From Eledone cirrhosa (taxonomy: Eukaryota), in NCBI GenBank assembly GCA_964016885.1, contig OZ024762.1, forward strand, positions 6,386,001 to 6,450,000: a stretch of DNA of 64,000 nt. The letters run 5' to 3'. Within the stretch, counting starts at the first letter, position 1, and every line of letters begins with the position of its first letter. Below, piece by piece: positions 11,779 through 24,095 of the stretch. The notes beneath the pieces are model-generated. The model ran no database searches, had not been told where the DNA came from, and saw only the letters and a list, made by a program, of their open reading frames with translations. The position numbers were made by a program, and so were the translations under genes.

Positions 11779-13365
11779 TTCGAAATAATTTTTGCACCCA
11801 TTTTTGCGATTAAGTAAAGACGGAGTTATCGTTCTTGAGATTTCGGCTCTGGGAAATTTAAGGAACTGATGTCGCTAAATCGCCAAATCATTTACCTGCC
11901 CCGTTGCATCATGGGAGGGTAATGGCTGCCTTTTATTTTTTAAACGATGGCAGATTCTTTAGTTTCTTTCGCAGCATCTTGTTCCTTGTTTCATATAAGT
12001 AAATAATTAAAACATTTTGGCGAGAAAGATATTAGAAAGACTAACATCATGGGAGAGGTTAGGGTTGATTTTTATTTAAAATAAAAAGGCGAGTTTTTTA
12101 ATTTACTCCTTGCCACCGTGTTTGTTGTTTGATATTAGTAAATAGATAAAAGAATTAATTCCATCCCACACCTCCCTGTAATCTGAATATCTAATTACCA
12201 TGGTGTCGGGAGTGGTTAATCTAAACAAAGGGCAATATGTAATCGCTACACCGGCCTCATAATAATTACTATTGTTCTCCTATTTTTCTTCAAAGTGATT
12301 TCGCTTCTTTATTTCATAGAATCATGGCTAATTAATTTAAAGCCACTCACTGACGATCTCCGGCCTCTCACCCTCAGATGTTCTGTCTTCTACAACCCCT
12401 TTTAAAACAATGAAAGGTGTATTCAACGATGTAGATGTGCGTACCTTGATAATCATATAAACACAGGATGGTCACGGCAGGTATACCATCGATTACACAC
12501 ATGTCGGGTCATCTTGTCTTGCTCGTTCAAGACATGTGAATAAAAGTAAACAACAGCAACATGTCTCTACGTCTACGCTCCACTTGCTAGAAATAGAAGC
12601 CAGGTTTCCTAAGAATAACGGAGGTGAATTAGCTGTGACACATGTAAATACAATCTTTTATATTTTATCTGTGAAGGAAGATATTAACAATGTTTTTACT
12701 TTTGATTATGTATATGTAAATATATGTCTTGATCACTCAGGTCTGACTTGTCAATGAAAGTAAACAACAGCTACCTTATGGAATTTTCACCATTTAAACC
12801 CCAACAAAATGCATACAGACATATATAAGTGTATATATATATATATACTCGAAATTATATATATATATATACACGCGAAATTTTTACACGGGGAACAAAC
12901 AGTTCCCATAACCTGAATAGGTCCTCTGAGAACCGACTTATGTATATAGAATCAATGAGATTCCAGCGTTGACCAATATGTGTATATATGACTATCTAAA
13001 ACTACATCTTCTAATGTGTCCTTCATTATTTTAAAACGTGGCGAGCGATAAATATTTGGCTGCTATTTCCAGCAATAATTCTAATGTCACTTTTGTGTGA
13101 ATATCTAGGAAGTAGTATATTCTCTTCTAAATCTTTCTTATTTGTTGGGGCTTGTTTAAGACGTCAGCCCCCGTCGGGCTTGACCCAGCAGAAGTACGAA
13201 GGTTGGCGGACTATGAAGGACTGATGCTAGAGCTGGGAAATCTTGCATGAATTAATTTCAAGCCTTCTTATTAATAACTGCATTGTTTCTTTCCAAGTAA
13301 ACTGACATCTGACTGTTGAAAGAGGACTTCAAATGTAATTAGTAATGACCTCTTGAAAATGGACA
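11779..13365 (+). repeat. Outer left arm of large inverted duplication
   Basis: Reverse complement of 27543-28976, near-identical by eye apart from a ~135-bp insert. Confidence 0.92.
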
Positions 13366-13485
13366 AAATTTGACATCGTGGTATTATCAAGTACCTGAAG
13401 AAAAGGGGTTTATCCCCCAAGGACATTCATGTTGACAAGGTTGCTACATTAAGGGATGACACTCCAGCTTTATCAACAATTCAAC
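13195..13485 (+). mobile_element. Mariner element 5' end: TIR plus transposase HTH pseudogene
   Basis: TA-CGAAGGTTGG terminus; MDKI*HRGIIKYLKKRGLSPKDIHVDKVATLRDDTPALSTI from 13359. Confidence 0.8.
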
Positions 13486-14299
13486 AGGCTCTGGTCCACA
13501 ATTATTGTCTCTCCTCCTTCTGCACATTATACCTCTACTACAATGGTCTCTGCTCCTCCCCAGCCCCTAAATATGCTGTTCCCTCTCTACCTCTACTACA
13601 ATGGTCTCTGCTCCTCCCCAACCTTTAAATATGCTGTTCCTTCTCTTCCTAGTCTACCTTTACTACACTGGTTCCTGCTCCTCATTAGCAATCCCCAGTG
13701 CCTAAATATGCTGTCCCCTCTTTACCTCTACTATAGTGGTCTCTGCTTCTCCCCAGCCCCTAAATATGCCATTCCCTCTCTACTACTATAGTCCCTGCTC
13801 CTCAGAGGTTGCTGGTCACCACTGAAACACTCATCAGTTATGTTGAAAGCCTCTGGTCTATATAGTCACTACATTGAAGACATCCTACTCTGTTTTCTTC
13901 ACAACCACCATAACTTAATTCCTCTGCTGCTGTAGCTGAAACAATGGTTAAATTTTTCACTCACCATGGATACCTTTCCATCCTGTTCTAAGTTACCCTT
14001 ACCAGTGTCCGTGGAGTCCATTGCTCTACCAATCTTCCTCCTTCACACGACAATCACCTTCTGTTATTTTTCCCCTTTCAAAAAACCTACAACCATAAGA
14101 AACTCCTTGTCCACAGTTCCTGAAAAAGTTTTGGGATAAAAGAACTGGTGTAAACCTCCTTTGAGATGTAACCTTGTAGGAGGTCAGTGTATATATATAT
14201 ATATATATATGTAAGTGTAAAGAGAGCTGGATGATGATCAACGAGATTACAGGAAGGAAGAGAGGGAGTTTGAGTTAGATCTGGGGATAAGAAGAGGCT

Positions 14300-14630
14300 G
14301 GACTATTTTAAGATCCTACTAGGAGCCCAGAATACCAGGGAGATCAGACAGCTGTTTGAGGAACTGGATATTGAGACAGGACCTTCGCCAGAGAGGGGCT
14401 TCAGAGAACGAAGAAGATCAAGACCCATGGAGAGGCATACAAAGTGATGAAGAGGTGTGATTTTGATGATATCATCCTGGAGTTCTGTAACCAGGCACTG
14501 GAGAAAGTTGCCCTTGATCACTAACATCATCTCAGTACCAAAGAAGGGAGATCTCTCTAACATGAACAACTACAGGGGAATCTCATTGATGTCACTTGTG
14601 GCAAAGACCCTCAACAGAATCCAGCCCGAG
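14300..14630 (+). mobile_element. LINE RT N-terminal fragment (RTE-like)
   Basis: NIISVPKKGDLSNMNNYRGISLMSLVAKTLNRI. Confidence 0.8.
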
Positions 14631-16320
14631 ATGTATATATATATATATGTGTGTGTATATATATATATTATAAGAATTATCTGTACTATGGCCATATATT
14701 GTTTCCTTTATTTAAGTGTTGTGTTTGCACTACCTTAATCCATAAACTTTGGTGTATGCAGTATTAAGCACTCTATGTATCCAACAGTGGTATTGGATTG
14801 CTTATAACACATTGAAGTATCAGTGTATATATATAGTTTGTTTTTTTGTCCCTTTCATTTCATAAAACCAAATACCTAGTTAGCTACAACTACACTGTAC
14901 TAAACACACTATATATATATACTATTTATGATGATGTCCAAGGATGATTCAAGTTGGCATTAGTTACATTCTAGAAATATCCCATATTGCTCAATGCACA
15001 CTCTGAAGGTTTCCTTTTGTCTTCCTCACATGAAACTGAACTATCAGTCATTCTTTTTCACCGATGAATCAAGAACATCATAAAGTTGGACATGAGTTGG
15101 CAGTGAATTTTGGTTGCTCCACCAAGTCCTATGATAATGAACCTAACCACAATATCTCGCAGTTCTAGCATCACTCCTTCAAAGCCAGCCTATGAGCTTT
15201 TCAGTAGAGAAGAATGTTTATATAAATGTAGCTTTGTGTGTCTGACTAGAGAAGATTTAGTTGTGTTTATTTGACAAGGTAAGTATTTATATATAACTGT
15301 ATCTATGTGTAAGTCTAGAGTAGGTTTAATTTCTTAGAAGAGGTATATATAAATGTAGCTTTATATGTTATGTGTGTAGAGAGAAAAGATGTTTTGTTTA
15401 TTAGACAAAGTAAGTATGTATATATGAATGTAACAGAATGCCTTCAGTTCTCTGAATTAAAATCCTGCTGAGGTCAACTTTGCCTTTCATCCATTTGAGG
15501 TTGCTAAAACAAAGTACCAGTCTAGTATTGAGGTTGATTCTTCTGTTTCTCTGGAAGAAATCTGCTGTATTCAGACCTGGAGAGGAGATGGGTCTGCCAG
15601 GTTTTAAAAAGTGCCCTAGAAATACTGTATGTCAATGTGTGGCCTGTATGACTCCCTTAGGAGTTGCAGGTCCGTGCATACATGTAACTCTCACAGTTTG
15701 GAAGTTCTGCATTCATCACATTGCTCCAGTACTCACAGCCGAGGAGTTAGTCATGTGGTAGACCAGCGTACTATCCAGGGAGAGTCTTGTACTCTCAGAC
15801 ACTTAACACCAAGCAAACTGGTCATAAGCTGAGAACAGTCTTTATATATTATACAAAATGTTGGTCTAATCACATATCGATGAAGGAAATCATGGTCTTA
15901 AGATGCTTATTTACCAAAATAGATAATTAGTGATTGATACTAGTTACTAAGATCGATGGTTTGCATTTTTTATTTTCTGTATTAACATAAACATTACTAT
16001 CATGAAGTCAATATACTTATCGTTCTGTATATATATGTATTAAATACTAGTAGTTTAAACTTGTTACATATAGAAACGGGATGAAAGTAAGGTAACACGG
16101 TCGGGAAAAAGTAATTTCTTTCTGAAAATATTTCGGAGACGAAGTATAATATTGATAATCATTCGGTAGAGATCTCAACTCTCACCATACGAAATATATT
16201 CAGAAAGAGATATTTCTCCACGCCCTCAGTTATCTCGTCTTCATTCCGTTTCTATATATATATTTTTTTAATAAATAAAATTCTAACTATAAGTATGACT
16301 AATTTACTTAGTAGAGTTGT

Positions 16321-16467
16321 GCTCTGTGCATGGCGCTGCACGTAACGTTTTGGGCTTCGCTGTCGTACTTCGGTATGGCATGACCATTCTATGTGTCTGA
16401 AGGTCGAATCGTTGCGGCGGCAGCCCGGCTTTATGCTGGCCTGCGTCCCCGCCTCGCATTGAGTTTT
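16321..16467 (+). ncRNA. Candidate Pol III structured ncRNA, diverged copy 1 (~147 nt)
   Basis: TATAAGTA at 16288 with the same spacing, same UUCG hairpin, GGTCGAATC B-box variant, TTTT end. Most substitutions keep pairing. Confidence 0.55.
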
Positions 16468-17383
16468 ACTAAAAAATTCGCCGAGAGTTATCGTTTGAAT
16501 TACTTGCCCCTGATTGGAACTATTCTCGTTTGTTGTCATTCTTCTTTATTGAATTAAACTGTTAACATCGTTTGGATTTACTCGTGTAATTTGATAGAAT
16601 CAGTCTGGATATTATACTAATGGGGAGAGGTATGTAATGTTTTATTTGCCGTATATACACTCACAGACATACATTATTCTATATGCATTTCATCCTTATG
16701 GGGTCGATAAAATAAAGTACCAGTAATGCACTGGGTAATTGCTGGCCTTGTGCCAAAAGTAGAAACAATTATTCTATATACATAAAGATTCTAGAGACGT
16801 ACATATTGTTTTATTTAAACCTAAATACACACACCAAACTAGATTTATATATATATAAATGTTCTTTAGCTGAGGTAAAATACCCTCTAATTTACCTATA
16901 CGAACGCTTCATTTGCCATGTATATTTTAATTCATTGCTAAACACTCGAAAATACAGTCTTAGATATATATTAACATTCTTTAGTGTATGCATTCACCTC
17001 TATAATCCATACACTGGAAGAAACGTTTCCTATCTAGATCAATATACACATATAAAGCTACATTTATATATACACCTTCATTCTTCTAAAGAGGTATGTA
17101 ATGTTTTAGTTGTCCCTTAAATTCATCGATAAACACGTAGTTATTCCTGAGACACAAGAATATATTTCACTACCCTTCATATACAGGAGGAATGTTAGAG
17201 ACATATATGTATAATATAACCGTCTTTTTACTAAGAATAATAACTAAAATCCCTTCATACTCAGGAAAACTAAACATTCTATCTACATACACCGCCTTCT
17301 GTCTTATTCATAGTGGTACATTGTTAGAAGTAACTAACTAAGCCTTCTCTCGACACTATCATTGCATATTTTAAAATCCACTT

Positions 17384-18818
17384 CTTTATATACTATATTT
17401 AGGTTTAATCAATACATATATTGATGATTGGAATCATGGTCTTAAGATTACCCAAATCGATACTAACTATTACAAATACAGATCTCTCTAAGGCTATGTT
17501 ACCTACATATTAATTGTTTTGAAAAGATGCATCAGTCTTCTCCTCTATGGAGCAGAAACGTGGCCCCTCACAAAGACGATTGACAGCAAAGCCCTGAGGA
17601 CGATCTAAAACATCAGATGGGACCACCTCAGCCTTACTCTCGTTCAACGCAGTAGCACCTGGTCGGCTCTACCCATGATGATGCCGGTCTAGTCTAACAA
17701 GAATAGATGTACAAAATACTCGAATATAAGGTCACCCTCCTCCCTATCTTATGTCTGAGAAGTGTGCAAAAATGCGAACCTTATTTACGTAGAATTTGAA
17801 GTTGGCGAAAATGGTCAAACTATTGACTCCCTATATAAGTCAACCCCTTACTACATATTCCCTGGCTTCTATTCGTGTATATCCCGTTATATATGTACAA
17901 AACACTAGCAGTTCCTTAATGGCTCTATATCCCGTTATATTTATATATAGAGAGAAACGGAAAGAAAGCGAGATAACACTCGGAATATGTCGTGTTATCT
18001 CGCTTTCTTTCCGTTTCTTTTTTTTTTAAAAAAGAAGGAAAATGTTAGCTATAAGTATGACTATTTGACTCGGTAGAATTGCGGCTTGTGCGTGGCGCTG
18101 CACGTAGCGTTTCTGGCTTCGATGTCGTACTTCGGTATGGCATGACCACTCGATCGTGTCTGAAGTTCGAATCGTTGCGGGGTCGGCCGGGACCACAGCA
18201 GGCTGGCTTTATGCTGGCCTGCTCTCCCGCCTCGCATGAGTTTTTGCCAAACAATTTGACGAGAGTTATCTCCCCTTAATTTGAATTATTTGCCCTTTGT
18301 TTACATTGAGCTACTTCCGGTTTGTGGAACTCTTCTTCCTTTGTTGTCATTTCTTCTCAGTGTATTGAAGCTGTAACATCATTCTATTTACTCTGGGACT
18401 ATTAACGATATCTGTTTGGATCTTACGTTCGTGAAAAGAGGTTTGTAAAGTTTTATTCACACTCACGAATATTATTGAGACACAAAAATACATTTCACTA
18501 TCTTGGAAATATACATACATTTAATTCTTCAATATAAATACATTCTTGTAGTGTTTTAGTTGCCATGTCTTTTAAATTTATTCTAAACCTCCTTCCGAGA
18601 AACAAAACAAATATATCTAACTAAACATACATGTTACTTTCCTATATCATGAAGCATCCTCTCATCTTCTGTATACCTTATACTCTAGATACTATACCAT
18701 CGTAATTTCTACGTCGAGTTACATCGGCATCACCACCTTTACTCCAACTCAGCATCCTCTCTTGCACACTTCATATCCCTTTTTAACATCTCTATTACAC
18801 ATACACCTTCTCTGTATA
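17384..18818 (+). repeat. Inner left arm of large inverted duplication
   Basis: Reverse complement of 24096-25526; identical ORF translations occur on opposite strands. Confidence 0.92.
18083..18245 (+). ncRNA. Candidate Pol III structured ncRNA, copy 2 (~163 nt)
   Basis: TATAAGTA at 18050, A-box-like TGGCGCTGCACG at 18093, B box GTTCGAATC at 18165, 15-position 5'/3' terminal stem, cUUCGg hairpin at 18122-18143, TTTTT at 18241. Confidence 0.6.
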
Positions 18819-20304
18819 TTAGTGAGACACAAAAATACATACATTCTTGTAATGTTTTAGTTGCCATGTCTTCTAATTTTATTCTAAACACTCACATATA
18901 GCTACATTTATATATACAAACACTCTTCCTATTTAAACGTATATATTTTGAGAATCATAACTAAAACGCCTCCGGAGAAACAAAACTAAATATATACACG
19001 CAGCTACCTCTTCTAACTAAACATACATATTACTCTCCTTTATTATGAAACAAAACTAAACATGATCTGTATATATACACACACACACAGCTTCCTCTTC
19101 TAACATGTTACAACTATATTCATATATAAACGGTCTCCCTTTTATCTTAACAGATATTTATGAGGCGCAATATACAATCTTGTTCATACTGGAATAATAC
19201 GAAACTAAACCTCCTCTAGACATATTAATATAGAAGCTAAACCATACAGTTATATCTAACGAAGCATGGTAGCTCCATTACTCTGCCGTAAGACTCACTA
19301 CTACTACTTCTAGCATCCTCACCTCCTTGATAGCTACATCATCCACATATAAACGTTCTTCACTAGATACAAAACTAAATCTTTATATATACACAACTAA
19401 CCTATTCTATATTCCTAAGGAACAGCACCAGACCTGGAGACTACTACAACCCTATCTCAAGAAGAAAGGTAAATAAATTGTGAAATAAAAGAATAAACCA
19501 GTATTTTCCTTTGTTGCCTTATTATTTACTCCCTGTATATACACACACTAGACACCTCTTACACTGTAGGAAGACAAAAACCTTCTGTCACTGTATACTA
19601 GATTCATATTATATAAATAAATCCCCTCTATACAGGAGAAATGTTATTGCCTAGATACACACCTATTAGAAACAAGCCATCTCTATATACAGGTAAATAA
19701 CATAAAAGTAGACACGTCTGTATATAAGAAAACATCTAAACCCACATTGTGTGTGTCTCTTTATGAACATCATACACATATAAGATAAGAGGTTTTGATC
19801 TGTACATACATATCAATACATTCTCGCTAGATACTACACATACGTCTCTTAGGAAACTACTACTATTGTTCTTCTAGTTGTTTATAAGGATCTCACAGTA
19901 GAACGTGTACATGCTTCCTAAGAAGCAAGAGAGCTAACTGTATAAATACAAAGAAATTTAGTGTTCTTTACATTCAATGACACACAAAGCTTACTTCATG
20001 TCTATAATATACCTTCTTCTCTATATTGGAAGAAGTACCTCATTATATATTGAAGTTGTGTTCAATAGAGTACAGTATGTAGAACCATATGTACACAGTT
20101 ACCCTTTTCTTGAAAGGATACATCAATACTCTGTTCTCCTCTAGACAGGCATACTCACCATATAAACACTTTTGTGTATATAAAGCATATCTTCATTGTA
20201 AATTTAGAAGTTACACTACACAGATATAAAGACAACAACCTACAGACATATTAATACCCTTATATCTCTAGACTACTGTATTATATAAATATAGCTCAGG
20301 AGTT

Positions 20305-22530
20305 AGACATATATACATACGTATGTATATACATACATATGCATAAATATGTATACATATACATATACATGTATATATACACATACGTATGCATGAATAT
20401 ACATACATATGTGTATATATACATACGTATGTATACATATACATGCGTATGTATATATACATACGTATATTTACGCATACGTATGTGTATATACACATAC
20501 GTATATATACATGCGTATGTATATATACATACGTATGCGTATATACACATACGTATGTATACATACACATACGTATGTGTACATACACATACGTATGCGT
20601 AAATATACATACGTATGTATATATATACATATGCATGCATATATATACATACGTATGTGTATATACACATACGTATGTATATATACGTATACATACATAT
20701 GTATATATACATGCGTAAATATACATACGTATGTAAATACACATACGCATGTATATGTATTGGTATATACACATACGTACGTGTATATACACATACGTAT
20801 GTATATATATACATACGTATGTATATATATACATACGTATGTGTTTATACACATACGTATGTGTATATACACATACGTATGTGTATATATACACATACGT
20901 ATGTGTATATATGCATGCGTATGTATATATACATACGTATGTGTATATACACATACGTATGTATATATATATACATACGTATGTGTATATACACATACGT
21001 ATGTATATATACATACGCATGCATATATATATACATACGTATATTTACGCATACGTATGTATATATACACATACGTATGTGTATATATATATACATACGT
21101 ATGCGTATATACACATACGTATGTATATTTACGCATACGTATGTATATATACGCATACGTATGTGTATATACACATACGTATGTGTATATACACATACGT
21201 ATGTGTATATATACATACGTATGTGTATAAACACATACGTATGTATACATATACATGCGTATGTGTATTTATGCATACGTATGTATATATACATACGTAT
21301 GCATATGTATACATACGCATGTATATTTACGCATACGTATGTATATATACACATACGTATGTATATATATACGCATACGTATGTGTATATATACACATAT
21401 GTATGTGTATATACACATACGTATGTGTATATATACATACGTATGTGTTTATACACATACGTATGTGTACATATACATGCGTATGTGTATTTATGCATAC
21501 GTATGCATATGTATACATACGCATGTATATATACATACGTATGTGTATATACACATACGTATGTGTATATACACATACGTATGTATATATACACATACGT
21601 ATGTATATATACATACGTATGTATATTTACGCATACGTATGTATATATACACATACGTATGTGTATATATACACATACGTATGTGTATATACACATACGT
21701 ATGTGTATATACACATACGTATGTGTATATATACACATACGTATGTGTATATACACATACGTATGTGTATATATGCATGCGTATGTATATATACATACGT
21801 ATGTGTATATACACATACGTATGTATATATATATACATACGTATGTGTATATACACATACGTATGTATATATACATACGCATGCATATATATATACATAC
21901 GTATATTTACGCATACGTATGTATATATACACATACGTATGTGTATATACACATACGTATGTGTATATACACATACGTATGTGTATTTATGCATACGTAT
22001 GTATATATACATACGTATGCATAAATACACATGCATACATACGTATGCATATATATACATACGTATGTATATATACATACGCATGTATATGTATATATAC
22101 ATATGCATGTATATGTATATATACATACGTATGTATATATATATATACGTATGTGTATATACACATACGTATGTATATATACATACGCATGCATATATAT
22201 ATACATACGTATGTGTATATACACATACGTATGTGTATATACACATACGTATGTATATATATATACATACGTATGTGTATATTTATGCATAAATATACAT
22301 ACGTATGTATATACATACATATGTATATATATACATATGTATGTATATACATACATATGTATGTATATACATACATATGTATGTATATACATACATATGT
22401 ATGTAGATACATACTTAAGTATATATATACATATGTATATATGTACACATACATATGTATATATATACACACATATGTATGTATATATATACACATATGT
22501 GTGTATATATATATGTATGTTTATATAAAT
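20305..22530. repeat. 2.2 kb self-complementary satellite built on the palindrome ACATACGTATGT with TA/CA spacers
   Basis: Dozens of CATACGTATG units at a ~20-26 bp period. Confidence 0.95.
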
Positions 22531-24095
22531 ATAGGTAAGGAGTTGAACTTTTTTCTCTAGATAATATAAGTATGTGTATTCTATAGGATACTATTACCTT
22601 AAAACTGTGTGTATATATATATACACTTACTTCTATAGAATCCATACATATTAACACCCTTCTATCTCTAGGCATATGTATACATACAGAAAGAAATGGC
22701 CTCACTAGAATACTGCATTAGATACATTTCTTTCATGAAAGATGTTTCGAACTGAGTTCATACTTCTATTCCTATATACATACTGGGAGAGATATAGAAT
22801 ACAAATTTATTCTATATACAGAAGGAAATAAACTTACTAGAATACTGTATATATACACATTATAAATGTTTATAATAAGAAACTTCTTTATTAATACCTC
22901 TATTCCTATATACTTACTGGTAAGTATGAGAGAGGTATATATAGATATTATAACCTCTTACAGGAGATATACACAGCAAGAAATAAACTTGCTAGGATTA
23001 CTGTATTATATATATATACAGTTTCCATTCTCAAAGAAACTTTTCTATAGCACCACACTTACCTCTTTCAGTAAGAAGGATGTTTCTTACTGGGATTCTA
23101 TAGTGTACATACACATTAATTAATCTATTCTATATATACACTTCTTTCAAGAAGGATGTTTCTCACTAATTACATAAATATATACAGTATCTAAATACAT
23201 ATATTATGAGTGGAAGTTAAACGATCTACATGTAAGATACTACCTGTGTATATATATAATAAAATACAATGTTCTATAGGATATACTTACTTCTAAGTGA
23301 AATAAAGATTAATAAATAAACTACATTTTGTTGTTGGAGTTATTTTATTTCTTGAGACGACTGTGTGTATTTACACACTCAGGTGAGCTGGCGGAGATCT
23401 TCAACATACCTGGAAAGAAACAGAATATATTAATAAAAATAATCCAGATTACACAGCTCTAACACCAATAATTGTCTGGATGCAGAAATCAAACCTCTTT
23501 ATCCTGAACAGTTTAGTTTCTTATACGCCTCTAGATGAGGTATTACTGTATTTATAATATAATATATGGTTTTTTTATTATTGAGAAGGATAATAAATAT
23601 ATAAGCCTTCTAGATGTTACAGAGAAGTCTCTACATACAAACAGTAGATTCTTTGCTGTGTACACACAATATCTAGTAGTAAGTTTCTGTGTATTATATA
23701 CACACGTGTGTACAATGTTTGTATAACAAGGGAGTGTATTCTATGGAATACCATATCTATAGGAAACTATGTATGTGTAATATAATACATGGGGAGTTTT
23801 TTTTCTATTGAGAAGGATACTGAATATAATGTCTTCTAGATGTTAGGGGAATCTCTACGTACAAAAAATAGATGCCTTGATTAAAATATCCAGAGTTTTA
23901 TGTAAGTATCCTCGGGAAAAGTAGTAGAGAAGAGGGTTTTAACTTTGCCTTGTGTGTATATAGATGCTGCATATATACAATACTTCGAAGTGTGTTTATG
24001 TATAGAGAGAGGGTCTGTATTCTATATACTACAGTTTCTTATATAGCTCCGGATACTGTGTATAATGAGGAGATATACCTTTCTTCTAAGTAAGT

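Noticed and set aside
12350-12400. CTGACGA motif (mirrored at 28537)
   Set aside because: No GAAA or helices follow.
18083-18180. tRNA gene
   Set aside because: A/B boxes are present but there is no anticodon stem, T-stem or 7-bp acceptor stem.
18185-18245. HDV/CPEB3-like or SRP helix 8-like motif (GGGACCACAGCAGG)
   Set aside because: I could not build the nested double pseudoknot or the SRP GNRA-capped helix; the similarity is only a few bases.
18045-18279. 66-69 aa ORFs duplicated at 24645-24879
   Set aside because: They have non-ATG starts and no domain similarity, and the frame is not kept in copy 1 whereas base pairing largely is.
20268-22560. Long ORFs up to 603 aa (YIHTYVC-rich)
   Set aside because: These are translations of a stop-poor satellite that is open in many frames on both strands.
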